30,460 nucleotides of DNA from Olsenella sp. (lineage in GTDB: Bacteria; Actinomycetota; Coriobacteriia; Coriobacteriales; Atopobiaceae): positions 1 to 30,460 of the forward strand of contig SUUD01000001.1 in assembly GCA_015062715.1 (NCBI GenBank), given 5' to 3'. The notes under the pieces were generated by a model. It searched no databases. It had not been told where the DNA came from and worked only from the letters and a program-made list of their open reading frames with translations. Within the stretch, counting starts at the first letter, position 1. Every line of letters begins with the position of its first letter. This document shows, piece after piece, positions 8,127 through 15,780 of the stretch. The translations under genes were made by a program, and so were the position numbers.

Positions 8127-9212
8127 ATGTTTTGTACGAACTGCGGGGCCCAGATTGCGGACGGCTCCGTCTTCTGCCCCAAGTGCGGTGCCTCGCTGTC
8201 GGCGCCGACGGCCTCGACCGACCAGACGCAGGTTGTAGCCCCCGTGGAGCCCACGCAGGCCATCCCGGCAGCGGCGCGGACCCAGTACGTGCCGGCTGCC
8301 GTCCCCACGCCCGAGCCCGTTGCCCAGCCCACCTCGCAGCCCACCCAGGTGATGCCCCAGCCCGTCACGACCGCCCCGCCCACGAGCGGTGCGTCCCAGC
8401 CCTCCTACGCCTACCAGTCCCCGGCGCCCGCCCCCAAGAAGAAGTCGCCCCTGCCCGCGATCATCGGTGCTGTCGCCGCGCTCGCCGTGGTCGGCGCCGT
8501 AGGCATGCACTTCCTGGGCGGCGGCTCGGAGCCCGAGCCCGCCCCCAGCGTGCCCGAGGTGACCACGACCGACACCACCGAGACCGAGACGCCGGAGCCC
8601 GAGGCCACCGAACCGGAAGCCACGGAGCCTGAGGTCACCGCACCTGCCGCCAGCTTCCCCGACGAGTGCCTCGACGCTCTGGGCAACCCCACCTTCTACG
8701 CCATGTCGGAGCTCACCGGCTCCGACCTCGTCGCCGTCCTCGAGGGTGAGGGCTGGGGCTGGAACGAGGAGAAGCTCTGGTTTGCCTCGTCTGACCATAA
8801 TGACCTGTTCTATGTCTCTGGTCCCAACGACTACGAGTACACCTACGACGAGATCGGCGGCCTTTCGCAGTATGGCGCCGGCGAGCCGGTGGTTTACATC
8901 ACCGTCGTCGACGACCGCGACTACGCCTCTGCGTCAGATGTCATCGGCGCCCTCGCCGAGGGAAGCACCATCGACGCCATCGAGTGGCTCAATGACGAGC
9001 AGACCACCGGCGTGGTTGCCGTCTCCTGCCCCTCCACCGGCAGGTCCATCGCCCTCATCTCCTACGAGAGCAACACCGAGATGTACGTCGTCGACTTCTT
9101 CAACACCGAGGCCGTGGCCCAGGGCGTGGTTGACGAGTGGCTCGGCGACAACTACGGCACCTCCGTCGACGAAATCTGGGAAACCGTCTTCGGCTATACG
9201 CCTGGCGCATAG
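8127..9212 (+). CDS. Zinc-ribbon / Pro-rich / single-TM protein with acidic extracellular domain (paralogue 2)
   Basis: MFCTNCG..FCPKCG, KKKSPLP plus TM helix, TEPEA repeats and the shared domain. SD AAGGAGG. Confidence 0.88.
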   Translation: MFCTNCGAQIADGSVFCPKCGASLSAPTASTDQTQVVAPVEPTQAIPAAARTQYVPAAVPTPEPVAQPTSQPTQVMPQPVTTAPPTSGASQPSYAYQSPAPAPKKKSPLPAIIGAVAALAVVGAVGMHFLGGGSEPEPAPSVPEVTTTDTTETETPEPEATEPEATEPEVTAPAASFPDECLDALGNPTFYAMSELTGSDLVAVLEGEGWGWNEEKLWFASSDHNDLFYVSGPNDYEYTYDEIGGLSQYGAGEPVVYITVVDDRDYASASDVIGALAEGSTIDAIEWLNDEQTTGVVAVSCPSTGRSIALISYESNTEMYVVDFFNTEAVAQGVVDEWLGDNYGTSVDEIWETVFGYTPGA

Positions 9213-9236
9213 GGTATAGGAATACTGCTCGCGGCT

Positions 9237-9265
9237 CCCGCAGGCCTTGTGTCTGCGGGAGTTTT
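9237..9265 (+). terminator. Probable intrinsic terminator
   Basis: CCCGCAGGC-CTTGT-GTCTGCGGG followed by GGTTTT. Confidence 0.5.
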
Positions 9266-9267
9266 CA

Positions 9268-9338
9268 TGTCATTGGGGACGGTTCCCGATGTCAGGTTCC
9301 GAGATGAATGATGTCATTGGGAACCGTCCCCAATGACA
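9268..9338. repeat. REP-like inverted repeat with GGGGAC/GTCCCC core
   Basis: Perfect 20-bp arms TGTCATTGGGGACGGTTCCC (9268-9287) / GGGAACCGTCCCCAATGACA (9319-9338). Confidence 0.85.
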
Positions 9339-9452
9339 GGTCCCGGGTTGGGCGCCGTTCGCCGCATAGGTTGACGTGCGTGAGAGGCCGTCACCATTGT
9401 GGGGGATAATCTGGTCATGTTCCGTATCCGGGTAGCATGAGAGGTGACCGAC

Positions 9453-10250
9453 ATGACCAGCTCCGCCCGTATCCTGTCCGACGAACGAGGGAGGCAGGTC
9501 CTGCCCGTGGCGATTGCCGCCGCCCTCGCCCTTGGCCTGGCAATCTCCCTTGCAGGCTGCGGTGGCTCGGAGCCCGCGGCCGAGGAGCCGGAGGCCACGG
9601 AGGTGGCCGAGCCAGAGCAGCAGGAGGCCGTCGAGCCCGAGGCGGTCGAGGAAGAGGAGGCGGAGCCCGAGGCCTCCGCTCCCCAGGCAGAGGCCCCCGG
9701 CGCCGCATTCGACGCAAATGGCCTGCCCACCCTCTTTGCGGTGAGCGAGCTTTCGGGTGCCGACATCGTGGCCAATCTCGAGAGTTCGGGCTGGACCTGG
9801 GATGACGAGAGCCTCTGGTTTGCCTCCGACGACGCCGCCGGCATCTTCTACGTCTCGGGTCCCGAGGACTACGAGTACACCTACGACGAGACCGTGGCGC
9901 TTCCCGCGTTTGGCGCCGGCGATCCCGTCGTCCTCACCATCGCGGGCAGCGATGGGGCCTTCGCCTCTGCGTCGGAGTTCGTCGAGGACCTCTCCCAGGG
10001 CGTAACGGTCGAGGCCATCGAGTGGTTTGACGAGGAACAGGCAACCGGCATCGTCACGTTTTCCAACTCTGCGTCCGACCGCAGCGTGGCCCTCGTGAGC
10101 CATCCCGACAGGACCTCGTACTACATCGTCACCGCCTTCAGCACCACCGCGCTTGAGCAGAACATGGTCGCGGAATGGTTTGGCGAGGACGTCGGCACCA
10201 GCGTCGACGAGATCTGGAACAACCTCTTCGGCCACACGCCCGGCGCATAG
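9453..10250 (+). CDS. Lipoprotein carrying the same acidic extracellular domain (paralogue 3)
   Basis: Signal peptide ending in lipobox LAG-C, Glu/Pro/Ala linker, and the shared domain (GWTW, LWF, GPEDYEYTYDE, GTSVDEIW). SD GAGGTG before the ATG at 9453. Confidence 0.85.
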   Translation: MTSSARILSDERGRQVLPVAIAAALALGLAISLAGCGGSEPAAEEPEATEVAEPEQQEAVEPEAVEEEEAEPEASAPQAEAPGAAFDANGLPTLFAVSELSGADIVANLESSGWTWDDESLWFASDDAAGIFYVSGPEDYEYTYDETVALPAFGAGDPVVLTIAGSDGAFASASEFVEDLSQGVTVEAIEWFDEEQATGIVTFSNSASDRSVALVSHPDRTSYYIVTAFSTTALEQNMVAEWFGEDVGTSVDEIWNNLFGHTPGA

Positions 10251-10363
10251 CCCGACTTCCCCCGGCGTTCGCTGCATCTTTGGTATCAGTGACGAAAAGA
10301 CGTATTAGAATGAGCCGTAACCTAAAGAACGATATCCATTGAAGGATGGGCGAGAGGAGAACC

Positions 10364-11389
10364 ATGTATTGCTCTAAGTGCGGTGCGCAACTCCCGGACG
10401 GCTCCGCGTTCTGCCCCAAGTGCGGCGCGGCCCAGGCAGCTCCGGCCGCCCCGGTCGACGCGACGCAGCCCGCGACGCCCGTGGAGCCCGCCCAGGTAAC
10501 CCCTGCCGCGGCACAGGCCCAGTACGTGCCCGCGCCCGAGCCCGTGGCCCAGCCCGCGCAGGCCACGCCCCAGCCCGTCTCGGCTACCCCGCCCACGAGC
10601 GGTGCCTCGCAGCAGACCTACCAGCAGCCCTCCCAGCCCTCCTACGCCTACCAGGCGGTGCCGGCCGCGGCTCCCAAGAAGAAGTCGCCGCTCCCCGCGA
10701 TCATAGGGGCCGTCGCTGCCATCGCCGTGGTCGGCGCCGTAGGCATGCACTTCCTGGGCGGCGGGTCCGACCCCGAGCCGGCACCCAGCGCCCCCGAGGC
10801 GGCCACCACCGAGCCGGAGGCGACCGAGCCCGAGGCCACCGCGCCCGAGGCGATTTCCTCCGCCGACTACCTCGACTCCCATGGCAACCCCACCACCCGC
10901 GCCGTCTCCGACCTCAGCGGCGCCGACCTCGTGGCCCTGGTCGAGGGCGAGGGCTGGGAGTGGAGCGAGGACAAGCTCTGGTTCGTCTCGTCGACCCACG
11001 ACTACCTCTACGTCTTTGGTCCCGAAAACTACGAGTACACCTATGACGACACGGTCGGCCTGGGGCAGTTTGGCGGCAGCGAGCCCGTCACGTACCTGGT
11101 CGAGCTCGATGACGAGCACTATTCGTCGCTCGAGGACGCGATCGACTCGCTCATAACCCACGAGATCACGGACATCAGGTGGAACGATGACATGACCACG
11201 GCGCTGGTGTCCGTGAAGGGCTCGTCGACGGGGGACTTCATCGTCTTTGCGTATGTCAAGGAAGACTATGGTCTCTACAGCCTGAGGATCTTCAGCCCCG
11301 CGGCTATCGAGCAGGGCGAGTTCAACGCGTGGGTTGGCGAGGAGTCCGGCACGTCCGTTGACGAGATCTGGAGCAACCTCTTCGGATAA
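10364..11389 (+). CDS. Zinc-ribbon / Pro-rich / single-TM protein with acidic extracellular domain (paralogue 4)
   Basis: MYCSKCG..FCPKCG, KKKSPLP plus a TM helix nearly identical to paralogue 2, and the shared domain. SD GAGGAG. Confidence 0.88.
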   Translation: MYCSKCGAQLPDGSAFCPKCGAAQAAPAAPVDATQPATPVEPAQVTPAAAQAQYVPAPEPVAQPAQATPQPVSATPPTSGASQQTYQQPSQPSYAYQAVPAAAPKKKSPLPAIIGAVAAIAVVGAVGMHFLGGGSDPEPAPSAPEAATTEPEATEPEATAPEAISSADYLDSHGNPTTRAVSDLSGADLVALVEGEGWEWSEDKLWFVSSTHDYLYVFGPENYEYTYDDTVGLGQFGGSEPVTYLVELDDEHYSSLEDAIDSLITHEITDIRWNDDMTTALVSVKGSSTGDFIVFAYVKEDYGLYSLRIFSPAAIEQGEFNAWVGEESGTSVDEIWSNLFG

Positions 11390-11421
11390 TGCGTCCGCTG
11401 CACAACCTGGCGAGTTAGAAG

Positions 11422-11647
11422 GTCGCCCCGGGGGTTTCGTCTCCCGGGGCGACTCATGAGCACGGTGAGGCAGCCGGCCCGGAGGATTTGTCCCAGTTCG
11501 GGCGACTCATGGGCGCAGCCCATGAGCGAGCGAAGCGAGCGCGGAGCCTAGAACGGGACAAATCCTCCGGGCCGGCTGTCCCGGTCTGGACGAATCCTCC
11601 GGGCTGGCTGTCCCGGTCTGGGACGAATCCTCCGGGCTGGGTGTCCC
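11422..11647. repeat. Composite palindrome cluster: hairpins, a 24-bp inverted repeat and three tandem ~33-bp GGGAC..TGTCCC units
   Basis: Hairpin 11422-11453; 11471-11494 is the exact reverse complement of 11555-11578; tandem units begin at 11555, 11588 and 11620. Confidence 0.85.
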
Positions 11648-11707
11648 ACGGGTGAGTCTGTCGGTTTGGCAGAACCCGTCATGAGCGCTGCGCCAAGGGG
11701 TTCCCTG

Positions 11708-11716
11708 TGGTACAAC
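11708..11716 (+). promoter_or_regulatory. Putative extended -10 element for the thrS leader
   Basis: TGgTACAAC; no good -35 seen. Confidence 0.45.
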
Positions 11717-11717
11717 A

Positions 11718-11872
11718 GGTGGGTGCAAAACAAAGGGGAGGAACGGAGTTCATGCTCAACCAGCGAACTCAGACTCTATAGGCGCTTGTCCTTTCGCCGT
11801 GGCCACGGGCCATGCGACAAGCGCCACATGCCGCTCGGGGCCACCAGGCCCGGAGCTTTATTTTTGCCCACC
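11718..11872 (+). promoter_or_regulatory. Structured thrS leader with short uORF (11752-11781, MLNQRTQTL) and terminator (11833-11865); candidate attenuator
   Basis: GGAGG-preceded uORF with two ACT (Thr) codons; hairpins 11746-11770, 11781-11825 and 11833-11856; U-tract TTTATTTTT. No T-box consensus. Confidence 0.55.
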
Positions 11873-11903
11873 CCACCTCACGTCTAGAAGGCAAGGAGTC
11901 ATC

Positions 11904-13667
11904 ATGAAGATCCTGTACAGCGACGGTCGCGTCGACGAGTGCCCCGAGGACATCCTGGTCGATACCATCCGCCACAGCGCCTCACACATCATGGCGCAGG
12001 CCATCAAGCGCCTCTATCCCGAGGCCCACTTTGGCTTTGGCCCCTCCACCGAGAACGGCTTCTACTACGACATCGACCTGGGCGACGCCCACATCAGCGA
12101 GGACGACTTCCCCGCGATCGAGGCCGAGATGCGCAAGATCTGCAAGGAGAACCTCAAGTTCGAGACCTACGCCCTCTCGCACGAGGAGGCCAAGGAGCTC
12201 CTGCTGGGCCGCGGCGAGCACTATAAGGCCGAGCACGTCGACGACCTCGACCCCGAGGCGCCCATCACCTTCTTCCAGCAGGGCGAGTACATCGACATGT
12301 GCACCGGCCCCCACATCACCTACACCAAGGCCCTCAAGGCCTTCAAGCTCACGGCCGTCTCGGGCGCCTACTGGAAGAACGACGCCAACAACAAGATGCT
12401 CACCCGCATCAACGGCATCGCCTTCCCCACCAAGGAGGAGCTCGACGAGTACGAGCGCATGATCGAGGAGGCCAAGAAGCGCGACCACCGCAGGATCGGC
12501 CAGGAGATGGAGCTGTTCATGTTCGCCGACGAGGGCCCGGGCTTCCCGTTCTGGCTCCCCAACGGCACCAAGCTCAAGAACGCCCTCATCGACTACTGGC
12601 ACGAGATGATGGCCAAGTACAACTACGACGAGGTCGAGACCCCGCAGATCCTGTCGCGCAAGCTCTGGGAGACCAGCGGCCACTGGGACCACTACAAGGA
12701 GAACATGTACACGACGGTGATCGACGAGGAGGACTACGCCGTCAAGCCCATGAACTGCCCGGGCGCCTGCCTCATCTACAAGAGCCGCCCGCGCTCCTAC
12801 CGTGACCTGCCGCTCAAGCTCGCCGAGGCCGGCCTCGACCACCGCCACGAGCTCCGCGGCGCCCTGCACGGCCTCTTCCGCGTGCGCGCCTTCACTCAGG
12901 ACGACGGCCACATCTACGTGCGTCCCGACCAGATCTCGGACATCGTCCTCGAGACCGCCCGCCTGTTCGACGAGTACTACCACCAGTTCGGCTTCGAGTA
13001 CAAGGTCGAGCTCTCGACCCGTCCCGACGACTCCATGGGCTCCGACGAGGACTGGGAGCGTGCCGAGAACGGCCTGCGCGAGGCGCTCGAGAAGATGGGC
13101 AAGGACTACATCCTCAACGAGGGCGACGGCGCCTTCTACGGCCCCAAGATCGACTTCCACCTCAAGGACTGCCTGGGTCGCACCTGGCAGTGCGGCACCA
13201 TCCAGCTCGACTTCCAGCTCCCGCAGAACTTCGAGCTCGAGTACACGGGTGCCGACGGCGAGAAGCACCGCCCCATCATGATCCATCGCGCCGGCTTCGG
13301 CAGCTTCGAGCGCTTCATCGGCATGCTCACCGAGAACTACGCGGGCAAGTTCCCCACGTGGCTCGCGCCCTGCCAGGTCAAGGTCCTGCCCGTCTCCGAG
13401 AAGACCCGCGACTACGCCCTCGAGGTCGGCGCCGCCCTGCGCGCCGCCGGCGTGCGCGTCAAGGTCGACGAGCGCGACGAGAAGATCGGCTACAAGATCC
13501 GCGAGGCCCGTGGCATCGACCGCGTGCCCTACATGCTCATCCTGGGCGAGAAGGAGGCCGAGGGCGGCTATATCTCCGTCCGCGACCGCACCAACGAGAC
13601 CCACGAGGCCCAGCTCGACGAGTTCATCGCCCAGATCACCAAGGAGATCTGCGAGCGCCTGGGCTAG
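11904..13667 (+). CDS. thrS: Threonine--tRNA ligase (short form, apparently lacking the N-terminal TGS domain)
   Basis: Motifs RHSASH, DMCTGPH, RDHRRIG, SGHW, KPMNCP, GAFYGPKID and WQCGTIQLDF. SD AAGGAG before the ATG at 11904. Confidence 0.97.
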   Translation: MKILYSDGRVDECPEDILVDTIRHSASHIMAQAIKRLYPEAHFGFGPSTENGFYYDIDLGDAHISEDDFPAIEAEMRKICKENLKFETYALSHEEAKELLLGRGEHYKAEHVDDLDPEAPITFFQQGEYIDMCTGPHITYTKALKAFKLTAVSGAYWKNDANNKMLTRINGIAFPTKEELDEYERMIEEAKKRDHRRIGQEMELFMFADEGPGFPFWLPNGTKLKNALIDYWHEMMAKYNYDEVETPQILSRKLWETSGHWDHYKENMYTTVIDEEDYAVKPMNCPGACLIYKSRPRSYRDLPLKLAEAGLDHRHELRGALHGLFRVRAFTQDDGHIYVRPDQISDIVLETARLFDEYYHQFGFEYKVELSTRPDDSMGSDEDWERAENGLREALEKMGKDYILNEGDGAFYGPKIDFHLKDCLGRTWQCGTIQLDFQLPQNFELEYTGADGEKHRPIMIHRAGFGSFERFIGMLTENYAGKFPTWLAPCQVKVLPVSEKTRDYALEVGAALRAAGVRVKVDERDEKIGYKIREARGIDRVPYMLILGEKEAEGGYISVRDRTNETHEAQLDEFIAQITKEICERLG

Positions 13668-13689
13668 CCCGACACGTCAGATGGCATCC

Positions 13690-13728
13690 GTGCGGCGGGG
13701 TGGGGAGGCGTTCCCCGTCCCGCCGCAC
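13690..13728 (+). terminator. GC-rich hairpin after thrS (terminator-like, no U-tract)
   Basis: GTGCGGCGGG...CCCGCCGCAC arms with inner GGGGA/TTCCCC pairing. Confidence 0.55.
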
Positions 13729-13748
13729 CCATAGGGGAGGTGCAAGTG

Positions 13749-14501
13749 ATGGAGGGCATGACCTGCAGCATGTCGGCACAGGCAGACGAGCTGCTCGCGG
13801 CGTTCGCCCGGCGCATGGGCGCCTGGCGCGTGTGGCTGCTGCGCATGGACGCGGGGGACCTGCTCCGCGTGATGGGCGGGGCGGCAGGCGTCCCCGTCGA
13901 GGTCGGCCACGCCCTTGGCGGCACGCCGCTGTGCGTGCCCGACCTGCGCCTGCGCTCGCGCGAGACCTGGGGCGGCGCGCTCTTCGTCGTGGACACCTCG
14001 CTTGCCACCTCCGCCCTGTGCGCCCCCATCAAGCTTGGGGCTCCCGCCTGCGTCGAGTCGCTCGACACCATGCTGGGGCAGGAGGGCTCGGGCCTTGTCG
14101 TGGCGGGCGTTGGCCGCAAGTGCCGCTGGCGCGAGGCCCTGGCGTCCGCGCTCGACGGGCTTGCCGCCAGCCCCGGGCACGCCCCGCGCCTGTGGGATCC
14201 GGCGCTCGTGTCGGCCAGGCTCGAGGGGCTCGACGAGCGCATGCGCGCCGCGAGCGACGTCGCCCAGGAGGTCGCGACCTACCTCTCCTGCCACCCGCGC
14301 GTCTCGATGGTGCGCTACCCGGGGCTTCGCGAGGACCCTTCCTACGAGAACGCGGCCTCCGACCTGCACCACGGCTTTGGCCCATTCGTCGACTACCTGG
14401 TCAAGGGCGAGCACGAATGGCGGCGCCTGAGCTGCCTGGGAGCCGACGGCGCCCGCGACGTGGCCGAGATGGTCGGGCAGCTCGAGAAGGAGATGTCCTA
14501 G
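13749..14501 (+). CDS. Degenerate Cys/Met-metabolism PLP-dependent enzyme homologue (MetB/MetC-like), PLP lysine apparently absent
   Basis: VDTSLATS..PIKLGA..VESLDTMLG aligns by eye with VDNTFATP..PLELGA..VHSATKYLG; C-terminal ERM..VA.YL..HPRV..VRYPGL..P..GFG. The start could be 13740, 13746 or 13749. Confidence 0.7.
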   Translation: MEGMTCSMSAQADELLAAFARRMGAWRVWLLRMDAGDLLRVMGGAAGVPVEVGHALGGTPLCVPDLRLRSRETWGGALFVVDTSLATSALCAPIKLGAPACVESLDTMLGQEGSGLVVAGVGRKCRWREALASALDGLAASPGHAPRLWDPALVSARLEGLDERMRAASDVAQEVATYLSCHPRVSMVRYPGLREDPSYENAASDLHHGFGPFVDYLVKGEHEWRRLSCLGADGARDVAEMVGQLEKEMS

Positions 14502-14578
14502 CTGGTTTGCCGTCGTGCGGGCGTTGGGCGATACTAGGGCACGTGGTCCCGCACCAGCCATGGGAGAAAGCCGCCGTC

Positions 14579-15169
14579 ATGAAGAAGCATCTCGTCCTGC
14601 TTGCCAGCGTGTTCGTCGCCCTGGGGGTCACCCTTGGCCTTGCCGCCTGTGGGCCAAACGAGGAGGAGCTCATCAGGGAGCAGGTCGCGGCCGAGTTCGA
14701 CCGCGTGAGCGACGCGAGCGAGGAGAACGTGCGGGGGCTGCTGGGTGACGAGACGTTCACGTCGCTTCAGGACCAGGGGCTCGACCCCGTCGCCATCTAC
14801 TCCGCGCTCTTTGGGAAGTTCACCTACGAGATCACGGACGTGTCGATCGAGGACGACGTCGCGCAGGTGAGCCTGACGGTCACCAACGTGGACATAGCCT
14901 CCGCCGTCGCGGGATACGAGGCCTCGGTGACGGAGTGGGCCGGGTCGGACGACGCGGTCTACACCTTTGACCAGGAGGGCCAGGAGGGCATCGAGCGCGA
15001 GGTCACGCGCATGCTCTACGAGACGCTCACCAACCCCGACCTTGCCACCAAGACGGGCGACGTGACCATCGAGCTGCGGCGCGGCGAGGACGGCGTGTGG
15101 GTCCCGGCAAACGAGGCGCAGGTCACCTTGGCGCTCTTTGCCGGCGCCGACGTGAGCGGCCTGCTGTAG
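14579..15169 (+). CDS. Uncharacterised lipoprotein
   Basis: MKK plus hydrophobic stretch plus lipobox LAA-C; acidic mature domain. Confidence 0.8.
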   Translation: MKKHLVLLASVFVALGVTLGLAACGPNEEELIREQVAAEFDRVSDASEENVRGLLGDETFTSLQDQGLDPVAIYSALFGKFTYEITDVSIEDDVAQVSLTVTNVDIASAVAGYEASVTEWAGSDDAVYTFDQEGQEGIEREVTRMLYETLTNPDLATKTGDVTIELRRGEDGVWVPANEAQVTLALFAGADVSGLL

Positions 15170-15181
15170 CGACCAACCCCG

Positions 15182-15248
15182 AACCGGGGAGCCAAGGGAA
15201 ACGTCCCCTTTGGCTCGTCCCAGGGGAGACGCCTCCCGTGGCCCGGTT
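15182..15248. repeat. REP-like palindrome between convergent genes (possible bidirectional terminator)
   Basis: GGAGCCAAGGGAAACGTCCCCTTTGGCTC (15188-15216) matches the 3657-3683 unit with a 1-nt deletion; outer arms AACCGGG/CCCGGTT. Confidence 0.8.
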
Positions 15249-15259
15249 TGTCGGGCTCG

Positions 15260-15751
15260 CTACTTGCGGCGGTAGGTGACGAAGATGAAGGGCACGCCCT
15301 CGTCGGTCTCGCCCTCGTCGGAGAGGTCCTCGATGACCCAGGCGGGGTCCTCGTCGAGGTTGGGGAAGAAGACGTCCGCCGGACGCTGGCAGCCGTTCTT
15401 GGTCACGAACACGCGGTCGCAGTGGGGGAGCAGCTGCCGGTAGACGCTCGCCCCGCCAATGACCCAGACCTTGTCGGGGTCGTCGCCCTCGACCGCGGCC
15501 AGCGCCTCCGCCACGCTGTGCACGGGCTCCACGCCCTCCTGGGCGTAGCTGGGGTTGCGCGTGAGCACGATGTTGCGGCGGTTCTTGAGGGGACGGCCGC
15601 CGGGGAAGCTCTCGAGCGTGGTCCGGCCCATGATGACCGTGCCGCCCGTGGTGTGCTCCACGAAGAAGCGCATGTCATCGCGGTTGCGCACCAGCAGGCC
15701 GCCCTCGTGGCCAATGCCCCAGTCCTGGCAGACGGCGACTATTGCGTTCAT
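15260..15751 (-). CDS. folA: Dihydrofolate reductase
   Basis: IVAV..WGIG, DMRFF..T, VIMGRTTLES, PLKNRRNIVLT, VIGGASVY and ADVFFP. SD AAGGAG before the ATG at 15751. Confidence 0.95.
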   Translation of the reverse strand: MNAIVAVCQDWGIGHEGGLLVRNRDDMRFFVEHTTGGTVIMGRTTLESFPGGRPLKNRRNIVLTRNPSYAQEGVEPVHSVAEALAAVEGDDPDKVWVIGGASVYRQLLPHCDRVFVTKNGCQRPADVFFPNLDEDPAWVIEDLSDEGETDEGVPFIFVTYRRK

Positions 15752-15780
15752 GGCGGTCACTCCTTACGTGTCGGGCCCGC

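Noticed and set aside
8560-8640. TEPEA-type peptide repeats as a contingency locus (also 10800-10850)
   Set aside because: Only 2-3 degenerate copies with synonymous differences; ordinary low-complexity stalk sequence.
6241-11389. Prophage, known anti-phage defence or toxin-immunity island
   Set aside because: No integrase, nuclease, NTPase, toxin or phage structural gene is recognisable; an immunity-like role is kept only as a hypothesis.
11555-11647. CRISPR array
   Set aside because: The ~33-bp units are directly tandem with a constant GGTCT joint and no unique spacers; no cas genes are present.
11736-11830. Degenerate Thr T-box upstream of thrS
   Set aside because: An ACC lies in a loop and GTGGCCACGG vaguely resembles the T-box, but the UGGNACC bulge, AG box and GCTGA loop are missing.
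11718-11872. 6S RNA
   Set aside because: A closing stem exists, but the length (~155 nt) and three-hairpin branching do not fit the long rod with a central bubble; not excluded without cmscan.
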